Below the pieces are notes generated by a model. That model had not been told where the DNA came from and did not search any database. It saw nothing but the letters and a program-made list of their open reading frames with translations. 64,000 bases of DNA, from NCBI GenBank assembly GCA_963695555.1, contig CAVOGR010000005.1, forward strand, positions 96,001 to 160,000, written 5' to 3'. A program made the translations under genes and the position numbers. The DNA comes from an uncultured Gemmatimonadales bacterium. GTDB taxonomy: Bacteria; Gemmatimonadota; Gemmatimonadetes; Gemmatimonadales; GWC2-71-9. This document shows, piece by piece, positions 42,093 to 52,738 of the stretch (its first letter is position 1; the number at the start of each line of letters is the position of its first letter).

Positions 42093-43483
42093 GCGTGGGA
42101 TGGAATGAGAGGTGGCGCCTGGCGGAGCCGGATTGCCTGATCCGGCACCTCAGTGGGATACTGATTCGAGAAACAGGCGTGACAGAACCGGGAGTCGCCA
42201 CCCGCGGCCGCCAACATGCCCTCGAGCGACAGGTACGCCAGAGAGTCGACGCCGAGGTAGGCGCGGATCTCCTCCAACGACTGGCGGGTTGCGATCAACT
42301 CCTCGGGATACGGCGTATCGATGCCGTAGTGGCAGGGGCCGATAATGGGCGGCGACGCAAGTCGAAGGTGCACCTGTCGCGCCCCGGCAGACCGAATCAG
42401 CTGTACCAATCCCTTGCTCGTCGTGCCGCGGACGAGGCTGTCATCGATGACCGCGACTGACTTGCCCTCGATCACGTCGCGCACGGGATTGTACTTGATC
42501 CGGACTTTCTCGACCCGCAGTGCCTGGGACGGGTGAATGAAGGTGCGCCCGATGTAGTGGTTGCGGATCAGGCCATGCTCGAGCTTGATGCCCGAGACTT
42601 CGGAAAACCCCAACGCCATGGCATTGGAACTATCGGGAACGCTGAAGACCACCTCGGCGTCGTCGGCCGGGTGCTCCCGTGCCAGGTTCCGGCCTAGCTC
42701 CCGGCGGACGCGGTCGACCGACCGGCCGAACACCGTGCTGTCGGGCCGGGAGAAATACACCAGCTCGAAGACACATCGGCTCACCGGCCGGGGCTCGAGT
42801 GGCGGCAACTCTTCGAGCCGGCCGTCCGTGATCCGGACGAACTCACCCGGCTCGAACTCACGGACCAGCGTCGCGCCGATCAGATCGAAGGCACAGGTTT
42901 CCGAAGCGACGATGAGCCCGGCTCCGAGGCGACCGAGAAACAATGGTCGGAATCCGCGGCTGTCGACGGCGGCGTATAGGGTCCGCCCGACGCCGATGAT
43001 GAGACTGTACGCCCCTTCCACGCGCTCCAGTGCGCCACGAATCTGCTGCGCGGGATCGTTGGCCTTTGAACGCGCAACGAGGTGGACCAACACTTCGCTG
43101 TCGGTCGAGGTCATGAACAGCGCACCCTCGGCCACGAGGCGCTCTTTGATCTCGGCGGCGTTGGTGAGGTTCCCATTGTGCGAGAGGACCAAGGGAGCAT
43201 TGCGATAGTTAACCACGCACGGCTGCGCATTGGCCAGTACGGTGCTTCCCGCGGTCGAGTACCGGGTATGTCCGATGGCAACGTCACCGCGGAGGCCGTC
43301 GAGGACGGTGTCGGTGAACACCTCCGACACCAGCCCCATACCCAGGTGCGAGCGCGCCATGCCCTCGTCATCCAGCGCGACGATGCCGGCGCTTTCCTGC
43401 CCGCGATGCTGAAGTGCGTACAATCCCAAGTACGCCACCCGGGCGGCTTCAGGAACCCCGGAAACGCCAAAAACGCCACACAT
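42089..43483 (-). CDS. purF: Amidophosphoribosyltransferase
   Basis: N-terminal MCG, LQHRGQESAG, GHTRYST, DDSLVRGTT, CHYGID, CHACF. Confidence 0.96.
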   Translation of the reverse strand: MCGVFGVSGVPEAARVAYLGLYALQHRGQESAGIVALDDEGMARSHLGMGLVSEVFTDTVLDGLRGDVAIGHTRYSTAGSTVLANAQPCVVNYRNAPLVLSHNGNLTNAAEIKERLVAEGALFMTSTDSEVLVHLVARSKANDPAQQIRGALERVEGAYSLIIGVGRTLYAAVDSRGFRPLFLGRLGAGLIVASETCAFDLIGATLVREFEPGEFVRITDGRLEELPPLEPRPVSRCVFELVYFSRPDSTVFGRSVDRVRRELGRNLAREHPADDAEVVFSVPDSSNAMALGFSEVSGIKLEHGLIRNHYIGRTFIHPSQALRVEKVRIKYNPVRDVIEGKSVAVIDDSLVRGTTSKGLVQLIRSAGARQVHLRLASPPIIGPCHYGIDTPYPEELIATRQSLEEIRAYLGVDSLAYLSLEGMLAAAGGDSRFCHACFSNQYPTEVPDQAIRLRQAPPLIPSHA

Positions 43484-43487
43484 CGTT

Positions 43488-45796
43488 CTAGGCCTCCACG
43501 CCGTCGCGGGAGAGAGAGAGACGCATCCGCCGGGGAATGGCGTCGAAGTAGATGGTCCGGAGCTTCCGGATGTCCCACGACAGCGCTACGTCGCCACAGC
43601 GAATCCTGAGCGGTGCGTCAGGAGCCCCAACCACTCCCACCGACGTGACGGGCACGCCGTGGTCGGACGCCAGAGTGCACAGCTGCTCTTCCTGCTCGGG
43701 GTCGCAGGTCGCCACCACCCGGCCACCATTTTCGCCAAAGAGCACGCGCTCCAGAGTCAAGTGGTTGGCGTGCGTCGTCAGGTCGACCGTCGCCCCCGAG
43801 CCCTGCGCCGCGTAGGGTCCGCCGATCGCCGATTCCGCGATGGCCACGGCAAGCCCGCCGTCGGAGCAGTCGTGAGCGGAGGCCAGGAGCTGTGCGCGCG
43901 CCGAGGCTACCAGAAATTGTTGCAGCCGCCGCTCAGCGTCGAGGTCCACGGGGAACGGCCGGCCGCCGACGAAATCGTGGGCGTCGGCCCAATAGGCCGA
44001 GCCACCCAATGCGCCGGTCGTTTCCCCAAGGACGAGGATCCGGTCGCCCGGCGCGCGAAAGTGGCTCGCCACGGCGTGTTGGACGTTCTCGAGGAGCCCG
44101 ACCATGCCAATGGTGGGAGTTGGGTCGATGGCGCCGAGCGGGCTCTCATTGTAGAACGACACATTCCCGCCGGTAACGGGCGTCTCGAAGGCGCGACACG
44201 CGTCACCAATGCCTCGGCACGCTTCCTGAAACTGGAAGAAAACCTCAGGCCGCTCCGGACTTCCGAAATTGAGGCAATCGGTAACACCGAGCGGCACCGC
44301 ACCGGTGCAGGCGATGTTGCGCGCAGCCTCCGCAACCGCGGCCTTTGCGCCTTCGTACGGGTCGAGCGCAACCAAGCGGGCATTGCAGTCGACGGTGAGG
44401 GCCAATGCGAACTCGGTTCCTTCGACACGCACGACGCCGGCGTCGCCGCCTGGGGTCAGGACACTGTTGGCCCGCACGGTGGAATCGTACTGCTCGTACA
44501 CCCACTGCTTGCTCGCGATCGAGGGGCAGTCGAGCAGCACTTCGAGCGCTCGCTCCGAGCTCAGGCGGGGCGTGGTGGCCGGCTCGGTCGCTCGCCGCAC
44601 CGCCACCGCCGGGTCTTCCCGTGCCGCGGGCGTGTACACCGGGCAGTCGGAGATCAGCCGCTCACCCGGAATTGCAGCCACCACGTGATCGCCATGGCGG
44701 ACCCGGTACACGCCGTCGTCGGTAACCGAGCCGATCGGCGTCGCGGTCAGTTCCCATTTCCGGCAGACGGCCTGGACCTCGGCGACCCGATTGGGCTCTG
44801 CTACCACCAGCATGCGCTCCTGCGACTCTGACAACAGGATTTCGTAGGGCGTCATGTCTGGTACCCGCACGGGGACGAGTGCCGTGTCGATGTCCACTCC
44901 GACGCCTCCACGCGCCGCCATTTCCGCTGAGGAACTGGTGAGGCCGGCTGCCCCCATGTCCTGGATGGCGACGATGATGCGCTGCTCGATCAACTCGAGG
45001 CTGGCTTCGAGGAGGAGCTTCTCGGTGAACGGGTCGCCCACTTGCACCTGTGGACGCCGGGCCTCGCTCTCCTCGGTGAGTTCTTCGGACGCGAAGCTCG
45101 CGCCGTGGATCCCGTCTCTCCCGGTGCGGGCGCCTACCACGAGCAGCACGTTGCCGGCGCCCTCCGCCTTGGCCCGCATGACGTCGTCGGCACGCAGGAG
45201 TCCGAGCACATGGCATTGACGAGGGGGTTCCCGTCGTACCTCCGATCGAAGACCACCTCGCCGCCGAGGGTCGGGATGCCGACGCAGTTGCCGTAGTCGC
45301 CGACGCCGCGCACCACACCCGCGAAGAGGTAGCGGTTCCGCCGGGTCGTCGAGTCGGTCCGAAGCGCAGGCAGTCCAGGACCGCGATGGGCCTGGCACCC
45401 ATGGTAAAGATGTCACGCAGAATGCCCCCGACCCCGGTGGCCGCGCCTTGGTACGGTTCCACGGCCGAGGGATGATTGTGGGACTCGATCTTGAATGCCA
45501 CGGCCCAGCCGTCCGGCAGCGCAAGCACACCGGCGTTCTCGCCCGGACCCTGGAGCACGCGCCCGCCCGTGGTCGGAAAGGTCCGGAGGGCCGGCTTCGA
45601 GTGTCTTGTAGCCACAGTGCTCCGACCACAGGGCGCAGAAGATGCCCAGCTCGGTCAGAGTCGGCGTGCGGCCGAGCATGGCCACGATGCGCTGGTATTC
45701 CAGGTCAGTGAGGTTATGCGTCCGGACCAGCTCCGGCCCAACAGCCGGCTCGCCGGAGAGCGGTGTGGCGTCGAGGACCGCGCTTGGAGGCGTCAC
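43488..45796 (-). CDS. purL: FGAM synthase subunit PurL, at least 3 frameshifts in the 5' part (probable assembly error)
   Basis: [55 protein letters not shown] and HDCSDGGL across frames; GTG start at 45796 inferred. Confidence 0.9.
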
Positions 45797-45824
45797 GTCG
45801 ATTCCCAGAGGGCAACGCCCGTCG

Positions 45825-46147
45825 TCATTCCGACTTCGACCCCCGCAGGGTTGCGCTGATGTCGCTGAACCCCGTCCGAGGAGACCGGTGTCGTCCTTGG
45901 CCATCAGGGCTTCGAGTTCTCCAGCGTCGAGCCAGATGCCCCCGCAGTGCGGGCACCGCTCGATCTGGACCCCGTGGAACGTCTCGGTGGCAATGTCTCG
46001 ACCATCCTTCGGACACTTCATGTAGTGGGTCCGGCGCTCCGCTTCCAGCTCGGCCTCCTGGCGCTGTTTGCGGTGGGACTCCAACAGCTCGAGATCCCTG
46101 CGCGCGTGGTACTCCTCCTCGTTCTTGCTTGGCTTATCAGGGGTCAT
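45825..46147 (-). CDS. Small zinc-ribbon (zf-TFIIB-like) protein; one frameshift near the 3' end
   Basis: [10 protein letters not shown]-terminus, CPKDG...[15 protein letters not shown]-terminus [14 protein letters not shown] lies in an adjacent frame. Confidence 0.7.
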
Positions 46148-46179
46148 TGGCGTTTCCGTGTCGGCGTCGGGGGAGACGG

Positions 46180-46518
46180 TTAGGGGCTGGCGGCCGGGAG
46201 CGTTGGTTCGGGCACCCGCTCACTCGGTGATGATGACACACCGTCGTAGCTATGGAAACTCGCCCGGGCCACGGCATCGACCACCTGCCCACCCTGGAGG
46301 ATAACCAGATCGTGCATGCCACATGTCTTCAGGCATCCGTTCTCGAAGAACATGTACATGAACTCGCCTCGCTGGCGGACCATCAACGGCTCGCCCCAGG
46401 ACTCGCGAACCTGGACCTCCGTCATGCCTGGCCGGATGACTTGGGCTTGCTGGGCCGGCAACGTGTTGCCCAGGGCGGCAAGCACGAGTGTCAACACTGC
46501 TAAGGGGACGATTCGCAT
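46180..46518 (-). CDS. Small exported hypothetical protein (SmpA/BamE-like GMT..QV...WG.P motif)
   Basis: Signal peptide; [17 protein letters not shown]; start overlaps the purQ stop. Confidence 0.65.
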   Translation of the reverse strand: MRIVPLAVLTLVLAALGNTLPAQQAQVIRPGMTEVQVRESWGEPLMVRQRGEFMYMFFENGCLKTCGMHDLVILQGGQVVDAVARASFHSYDGVSSSPSERVPEPTLPAASP

Positions 46519-47204
46519 CAGGCTACTCCTTTAAGAACGCGGGTCCACGACGCCACTGAGCGGAAGAAGCCGGCACCGTCGCTGTTACCGAGCGCGGCCT
46601 CGGCAACGCGCTCGGGATGTGGCATGATCCCCACGATGTTTCCAGCGGCATTCGAAATACCGGCAATATCGGCGGTTGATCCGTTGGGGTTCTCACCGGG
46701 CACGTAGCGGAGGACGACACAGTGCTCGGCCTCCAGCTGTCGGCGGACCTCCTCGGACGCCTCAAAGCGTCCCTCTCCGTGAGCCACCGGAAGCACCAGT
46801 TCCGCTCCCTGATCGTACGTACTGGTGAATGGCGTCGTGGTGCGCTCCACCCGAACCCGAACCGGTCGCGAGACGAACGTGAGCCCGGCGTTGCGCATGA
46901 GCGCGCCGGGTAGGAGACCGGTCTCACAGAGAATCTGGAACCCATTGCAGATGCCGAAGACCGCCCCACCACTGGCGGCATGCCGGCGCACCGCCTCCAT
47001 CACCGGGCTGAACCGGGCGATCGCCCCTGAGCGCAGGTAATCGCCGTAGCTGAACCCGCCGGGCAGCACCACCAAGTCGACGCCGCGTATGTCCGCTTCG
47101 CGGTGCCAGACGAAGGTCGTCGCGATGCCGGCGGCTTCCAAGGCGCGGCCGGTCTCGGTCTCGCAATTGCTGCCGGGAAAACGGATCACCGCGGCGCGGG
47201 TCAT
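46518..47204 (-). CDS. purQ: FGAM synthase glutaminase subunit
   Basis: FPGSNC, PGGFSYGDYLR, GICNGFQ, MPHPER. Confidence 0.96.
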   Translation of the reverse strand: MTRAAVIRFPGSNCETETGRALEAAGIATTFVWHREADIRGVDLVVLPGGFSYGDYLRSGAIARFSPVMEAVRRHAASGGAVFGICNGFQILCETGLLPGALMRNAGLTFVSRPVRVRVERTTTPFTSTYDQGAELVLPVAHGEGRFEASEEVRRQLEAEHCVVLRYVPGENPNGSTADIAGISNAAGNIVGIMPHPERVAEAALGNSDGAGFFRSVASWTRVLKGVA

Positions 47205-47452
47205 GATGCCACGACCTCGACGAGAAAATCCTCCGTCACGGGATTGGCGAGGAGCCGCTCACACATGGCGTGGGCACGGCGCTCCGCATCCGCTGCCGAC
47301 CCCGCCTCGATGCTGAGCTCAACGGCCCGGCCCATGCGGACCGCCGCCGCTTCCGAAAAACCAAGCTCTGTCAGCGCTCGTTCCACAGCTTGACCCTCGG
47401 GGTCCAGCAAGCCAGCCCGCGGCATGACGCGAACCAAGACACGGAAGGTCAT
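47201..47452 (-). CDS. purS: FGAM synthase subunit PurS
   Basis: LLDPEGQAV, LLANPVTEDF. Confidence 0.93.
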   Translation of the reverse strand: MTFRVLVRVMPRAGLLDPEGQAVERALTELGFSEAAAVRMGRAVELSIEAGSAADAERRAHAMCERLLANPVTEDFLVEVVAS

Positions 47453-48306
47453 TCGCCCTTCCCCCGTCGCCGAGGGGCATCCTCGATTCGATGAACCGAC
47501 GGTGCGAACGTGGCGTGGTCGGCGGGATACCCCGCGTTATGGTCTTCCGTCCGCTCCAGCAAGCTGTACACCGTCGCGCGAAGCAAGCCGTATACGATAT
47601 AGGTCATGCCAAACGGGAAGAAGAAGTATTCCGGGATGAGAAGGCCGCCTGCCAGGATGGTCAGATGAAGCACCAGGCCAAGGATTCCCCGGGACGATCG
47701 TATCCCGATTCCGGGCAGCTTGGGATATCGGACATTGCTGACCATCAACGCCGCCAAGCCCAGCATGAGGAGCACGAGAAAGAGCTGGGAGTTGATCAGT
47801 GCGAGGTTGGCCTGACCCCATGGTGTCTGGATGAACGGGTAGTAGACCGCGAGCGCCATCCCCCCGGCGGTGGACGGCAAGCCGGTGAACCACCGGCTGG
47901 AATCACCCCCCGGGGTCGACACGTTGTAGCGAGCCAGCCTGAGGGCCACCGAGACCAGGTAGATGAAACAAATAACCCATGCGAAGCGGCCGGCCTGGGC
48001 GAACTCGAGGAAGTACATGAGGAGCGCCGGCGCCACTCCAAACGAGATGAGATCGACCAGCGAGTCGAGCTCTGCCCCAAATCGACTGCCGGTCCGGGAC
48101 AATCGGGCGATCCGACCATCGAGCATGTCCAGGACGCCGGAAATGACGATGAACCACCCGGCCCAAATGAAGTTCCCGGTGGAGGCCGAAACGATGGACC
48201 AGAAACCAAAGAAGAGGTTCCCGATCGTGAACGCGCTCGGGAGCACGACCACCCCGCGTCGCCGCGGGCGCCGCCGCGGGCGCGGGTGTCTGACATTCAG
48301 GTCCAT
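47449..48306 (-). CDS. pssA: CDP-diacylglycerol--serine O-phosphatidyltransferase
   Basis: DMLDGRIAR..FGAELDSLVDLISFGVAP, RLARYN, FTGLPS; adjacent to psd. Confidence 0.9.
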   Translation of the reverse strand: MDLNVRHPRPRRRPRRRGVVVLPSAFTIGNLFFGFWSIVSASTGNFIWAGWFIVISGVLDMLDGRIARLSRTGSRFGAELDSLVDLISFGVAPALLMYFLEFAQAGRFAWVICFIYLVSVALRLARYNVSTPGGDSSRWFTGLPSTAGGMALAVYYPFIQTPWGQANLALINSQLFLVLLMLGLAALMVSNVRYPKLPGIGIRSSRGILGLVLHLTILAGGLLIPEYFFFPFGMTYIVYGLLRATVYSLLERTEDHNAGYPADHATFAPSVHRIEDAPRRRGKGE

Positions 48307-48920
48307 TGTGCCACCACCGTGAGTCCCGCTTTGGTTCGATCGCCCACGCCCACCATGACCCGCGTGGTTGTAGGCAGGAACACATCGACGCGGCTGCCGA
48401 ACCGGATCATGCCCAGTCGGGCGCCCTGTTCCACTCGAGTGCCGACTGCATGGTCGGTAACGATGCGCCGCGCAACCAGACCCGCAATTTGACGGACGAG
48501 CACCTTCCCCCGCTCTGTGGCAAGCCCCACCGTCGACTGCTCGTTGTCGGTGCTCGCCTTTTCGGATGCCGCGTGGAGAAAGCGTCCCGGGTGATAGTCG
48601 CGAAAGGCCACCGTGCCAGCCGTCGGATACCGATTCACATGGACGTCGAACACGTTCATGAAAATCGAGATCCTGTTCGTCGGGCCACCGTGAAAGGTAG
48701 GCTCTTCGATTTCCCGCACACTGACGACCTTCCCATCGGCCGGAGCCAGGACTAGATCATGGCCGCGCGGTCCCTGGCGCTCAGGATCCCGAAAGAAGGC
48801 GACAACCCAGAGCAGGATTGGGAACCAGATCACCGCCCAGCGCCAATCGATCAGGGCCAGGAGCGCCAATACCAGCACGGCCCCTAGAATGAACGGACGT
48901 CCCTCGGGAGCTAGTCTCAT
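48297..48920 (-). CDS. psd: Phosphatidylserine decarboxylase proenzyme (short type)
   Basis: FFRDPER, APADG, DVHVNR, RFGSRVD autocleavage motif. Confidence 0.92.
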   Translation of the reverse strand: MRLAPEGRPFILGAVLVLALLALIDWRWAVIWFPILLWVVAFFRDPERQGPRGHDLVLAPADGKVVSVREIEEPTFHGGPTNRISIFMNVFDVHVNRYPTAGTVAFRDYHPGRFLHAASEKASTDNEQSTVGLATERGKVLVRQIAGLVARRIVTDHAVGTRVEQGARLGMIRFGSRVDVFLPTTTRVMVGVGDRTKAGLTVVAQWT

Positions 48921-48924
48921 GCTG

Positions 48925-49842
48925 CTAGTCCCCAGCCAAGGAGTGTCCCGTCAGTCGCTCGAATGCCTCGAGATACCGCGAGCTGGTCGACGCCACGACC
49001 TCCGGTGGCAAGGGCGGCGGTGGCGCCTCGCCGTTCCAGCGCCCGGCCCGCTTCAACCCTGCCAGGTAGTCCCGGAGCGGTTGCTTGTCGAAACTCGGCT
49101 GCCCGACACCGGGGCAATAGCGATCCGCTGGCCAAAACCGTGAAGAGTCCGGAGTCAGGAGCTCGTCAATGAGCAGCACCTGGCCCGTGCCATCGATGCC
49201 GAACTCGAACTTGGTGTCGGCGATGATGATTCCCCGGTCGGCCGCGTGTCGCTGCCCGGCGCGGTACAACGCCAGGCTCGCGTCCCGGACTCGATCCGCG
49301 GTCTCGGCTCCCAACGCGTCGACCATCGCCGGGTAGCTGATATTCTCGTCGTGGCCGGTGTCAGCTTTGGTCGCGGGCGAGAAGAGCGGAGGGTCGAGCG
49401 AGACGCTTTCGACGAGGTTCGGGGGCAGCGGCTGCCCAGCCAGCGTTCCGTGCGCCCGGTATTCCGCCCAGGCCGACCCCGCCAGATAGCCGCGGACGAC
49501 GCATTCGAAGAGGATGGGTGTGGTGCGTCGGGCCAACATGGACCGGCCGGCCAACGAGGCACGCTCCGGCCCGAGGACGGGGAGCCGCTCCACGATCACG
49601 TCGATGTCGGCCGTGATGTAATGCGACGGGACCGTGCCGCTGAGCTGCTCAAACCAGAAGGCGCTGAGCTGGGTGAGCACCTGCCCCTTCTCGGGGATGG
49701 CCTCGTTCATGACGACATCAAAGGCGCTGATCCGGTCGCTCGTCACGATGAGCAGCATGTCCGATCCGGCGTCGTAGACTTCGCGGACCTTTCCCCGTCG
49801 GAGCAGGGGTAACGGGAATCGACTCGCAGTCTTGAGATTCAT
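48925..49842 (-). CDS. purC: SAICAR synthetase
   Basis: GKVREVY, SDRISAFD, ECVVRGYLAGS, ADTKFEFG, TPDSSRFW. Confidence 0.96.
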   Translation of the reverse strand: MNLKTASRFPLPLLRRGKVREVYDAGSDMLLIVTSDRISAFDVVMNEAIPEKGQVLTQLSAFWFEQLSGTVPSHYITADIDVIVERLPVLGPERASLAGRSMLARRTTPILFECVVRGYLAGSAWAEYRAHGTLAGQPLPPNLVESVSLDPPLFSPATKADTGHDENISYPAMVDALGAETADRVRDASLALYRAGQRHAADRGIIIADTKFEFGIDGTGQVLLIDELLTPDSSRFWPADRYCPGVGQPSFDKQPLRDYLAGLKRAGRWNGEAPPPPLPPEVVASTSSRYLEAFERLTGHSLAGD

Positions 49843-51278
49843 ACCTGGACCTCGGCTGGATCCGCCACGGCGGCGAGCTCTCGCGCCCGTGCGAGTAGCG
49901 GATGGAAGTAGTCACCCAGGAATTCGTCAACCTGCTCCGGCGCTCGCCCCACGAAGTGGCGCGGATTCAGTTCGTTCGCGAGCGTCGCCTCGGGAACGGC
50001 ACGAAAGGCCGGATCGCCTGCCAATCGGGCCAAGAGATCGTTCGGTTGGCCGCGACGAACCAGCTCCGCCACCGCATGGCTGTGACGCCGGATGACTTCG
50101 TGCAGCGTTTGCCGGTCGCCCCCGGCGGCGACGCCCAGCATCAACCACCGCTCGGTAGCCATGAAGGGCATTTCGGCGTCGACATGACGTCGAATCGCAT
50201 CCTGCCCCACCTCCAGGCCGGCCGTCACGTTGGCAGCTAGGACCAGGAGCGCGTCAGCCACCAGGAAGGCCTCCGGCAGCACGAGGCGCCGGTTGGCGCT
50301 GTCGTCCAACGTGCGCTCGAGCCACTGCGCCGCCGCTGTGTGCGCGGTGTTGGCCTGCAGTGAGATGAGGAATCGTGCCAGCCCGGACATTCGTTCGGCA
50401 CGCATCGGGTTCCGCTTATAGGCCATGGCGCTCGAACCGACTTGCTCCGGCCCGAAGCCTTCGAACACCTCGCCCTCGTGCTGCAACAATCTGAGGTCAC
50501 CAGCCAGCTTGGCCGAGGACTGGGCTATCCCGCTCAGAGCGTCGAGCACGACGCTGTCCTGCTTCCGGGGATAGGTCTGCCCGGTCACGGGGAATAGCCG
50601 GGTGAAACCGAGCTTCGCTGCGATACGGCGCTCGAGTTCCCGGACCTTGTCGTGGTCGCCTTCGAACAGGTCGATGAACGATGCCTGAGTGCCGGTGGTC
50701 CCCTTGCACCCGCGGAATCGCAGGCCGTCGAGCCGATCGCAAATGGTCTCGACATCGATCGCGAAGTCCTGCATCCACAGCGTGGCACGCTTCCCGACGG
50801 TGGTGAGTTGAGCCGGTTGGAAATGGGTGTAGGCAAGGCAGGGCAGGTCCCTGGTCCGTCGCGCGAACGCTTCGAGACCCGTCAGGACGGTGATCAGACG
50901 CCCCAGCAAGAGCCGGAGGGCATCGCGCATGATCATGAGGTCGGCGTTGTCGGTCACGAACGCGCTGGTGGCACCCAGATGGAGATGGCCGCGCGCCTCC
51001 GGGGCCTGATCGCCGAAGGCGTGGATGTGGGCCATGACGTCGTGGCGGAACCGACGCTCGTACGCTGCCGCAGCATCGAGGTCGACATCGTCCAGATGCT
51101 CGCGCATTTGCCTGAGCGCGGCCTCGGGGATGCCGAGGCCGAGTTCCTGTTGGGCCTCGGCCAACGCGAGCCAGAGGCGGCGCCAGAGTGCAATCCGCCG
51201 ACGCTCGCCCCACAGCCGCTGCATGGCCGGCGATGCATAGCGGGTCTCGAGCGGCGAGCGGTATGTATCCTGGCTCAC
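49839..51278 (-). CDS. purB: Adenylosuccinate lyase
   Basis: RHDVMAH, HLGATS, THFQPAQ, SSAMAYKRNPM. Confidence 0.95.
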   Translation of the reverse strand: MSQDTYRSPLETRYASPAMQRLWGERRRIALWRRLWLALAEAQQELGLGIPEAALRQMREHLDDVDLDAAAAYERRFRHDVMAHIHAFGDQAPEARGHLHLGATSAFVTDNADLMIMRDALRLLLGRLITVLTGLEAFARRTRDLPCLAYTHFQPAQLTTVGKRATLWMQDFAIDVETICDRLDGLRFRGCKGTTGTQASFIDLFEGDHDKVRELERRIAAKLGFTRLFPVTGQTYPRKQDSVVLDALSGIAQSSAKLAGDLRLLQHEGEVFEGFGPEQVGSSAMAYKRNPMRAERMSGLARFLISLQANTAHTAAAQWLERTLDDSANRRLVLPEAFLVADALLVLAANVTAGLEVGQDAIRRHVDAEMPFMATERWLMLGVAAGGDRQTLHEVIRRHSHAVAELVRRGQPNDLLARLAGDPAFRAVPEATLANELNPRHFVGRAPEQVDEFLGDYFHPLLARARELAAVADPAEVQV

Positions 51279-52738
51279 TGGAATACCAGGTCGGTGAAGA
51301 TGACCCGCCCGCGGCGCTCGAAGTACACGCGGAACTGTTGGCGCGAACGGAGCGAGTTCAGAAACTCGCCGACGTGCTCAGCTCGCCGGATGCGGGTCCG
51401 GTCCATGCCCAGGATGACGTCTCCCTCCTGCAATCCCGTTGCTCGCGCCACGGTGGGGGAAATGCGCACGATGAGCGCGCCTTCGCTGCTCTCGAGGCCG
51501 CGCTCCGACTGGATGGCGGGGTCCACGGTGATGAGCTGGAGGTCGCGCAAGACCGTCACGCGTTCGGCGGTGACGGTGGGCAAGTCGGCGGTCACGATGC
51601 GGCGTTCCTGACTGCGGCCGGCCGAGCCCAGGGTCACGTGAACGGTGTCCCCGACGAGCAGGTCGAGCTTGACCGCTTCCCAGTCGAGGAAATTCCTGAG
51701 CCGCCGGCCGTTGGCCTCCGTCAGAACGTCGCCCGACTTGATCCCGACCTGCCCAGCGGGACCCCCTGGCGCGACGGTGATGACCGACACGCCGCCTTGG
51801 GCTTTCCAGTCACGCATCGCGTCGGCCCCGGCGACGTCGAGGCCGGTCCACGCTCGTCGCACGGAGCCGCTGCGCAGCAGCTGCAGGGCCACCCGCACCG
51901 CCCGCTCCACCGGAATGGCAAAGCCGAGGCCGATCGAACTGCCGGTCGGACTGAAGATCGAGGAATTGACGCCGACCACTTCGCCCAGGGCGTTACTGAG
52001 CGGGCCGCCCGAGTTGCCGGGATTGATGGCGGCGTCGGTCTGGATCATGTCCAGGTAGAGCCCGGGCTGGTCTCCACTCGGCACGATGTTCCGCCCCGTT
52101 GCGCTGACCACTCCGGCGGTGACGGTTGGTTCGGCATTGCCCAGCAGGTAGCCGTACGGATTTCCCAAGGCGACGACCCATTCGCCGATCATGAGATCGG
52201 TGCTCCGACCCAACGGCGCCACCGGCAAGTTCTGGCGGTCGATCTTGAGGACGGCGATATCCGTGATGGGATCCTCGCCGACCAGTGTTGCCGTCGCCTC
52301 GGCCCCGTCGCTCAGCATGACCACGATCGAGTCGGCGCCGGCCACCACGTGCTGATTGGTGATGACTACGCCGTCGGGCTGGATGACGAACCCGGTCCCG
52401 CTGCTCCGAACGCGACGTTCCCCAAGCTGCGGCACGAAGAACAGATCCCACGGCGAACGCTGGACCCGGCGCCGCGAGGTCACGTTGATCGACACGACCG
52501 CCGGACCGACACGCGCGACGGCATCGACAATGGCCGTGCGCCGGCTCGAGGCGATCGATCCCTGGGCTGCCGGGCGCTCGGTTGCGACTTGGAGGGTGGC
52601 GCCCGCGAGCGCGACCTGCCGGCCGGCGGGTCGCTCACCGCAGCCGGCCGCGACCAGGAGACCGGTCAGGACCGGCAATGCCCACCGTGCGGTGGGCATC
52701 GCTCGCACCATTGCCGGTGTTCGTCTTACTCGGAACAT
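51275..52738 (-). CDS. HtrA/DegP-family serine protease with PDZ domains, probable lipoprotein
   Basis: TNQHVV, DIAVL and DAAINPGNSGGP catalytic triad; LVAAG-C lipobox; true start may be 52711 or 52699. Confidence 0.9.
   Translation of the reverse strand: MFRVRRTPAMVRAMPTARWALPVLTGLLVAAGCGERPAGRQVALAGATLQVATERPAAQGSIASSRRTAIVDAVARVGPAVVSINVTSRRRVQRSPWDLFFVPQLGERRVRSSGTGFVIQPDGVVITNQHVVAGADSIVVMLSDGAEATATLVGEDPITDIAVLKIDRQNLPVAPLGRSTDLMIGEWVVALGNPYGYLLGNAEPTVTAGVVSATGRNIVPSGDQPGLYLDMIQTDAAINPGNSGGPLSNALGEVVGVNSSIFSPTGSSIGLGFAIPVERAVRVALQLLRSGSVRRAWTGLDVAGADAMRDWKAQGGVSVITVAPGGPAGQVGIKSGDVLTEANGRRLRNFLDWEAVKLDLLVGDTVHVTLGSAGRSQERRIVTADLPTVTAERVTVLRDLQLITVDPAIQSERGLESSEGALIVRISPTVARATGLQEGDVILGMDRTRIRRAEHVGEFLNSLRSRQQFRVYFERRGRVIFTDLVFQ

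Noticed and set aside
45413..46147. Apparent zinc-ribbon-PurL fusion ORF
   Set aside because: A plausible C-terminus and stop for the zinc-ribbon gene exist in the adjacent frame (ending 45825); frameshift artefact
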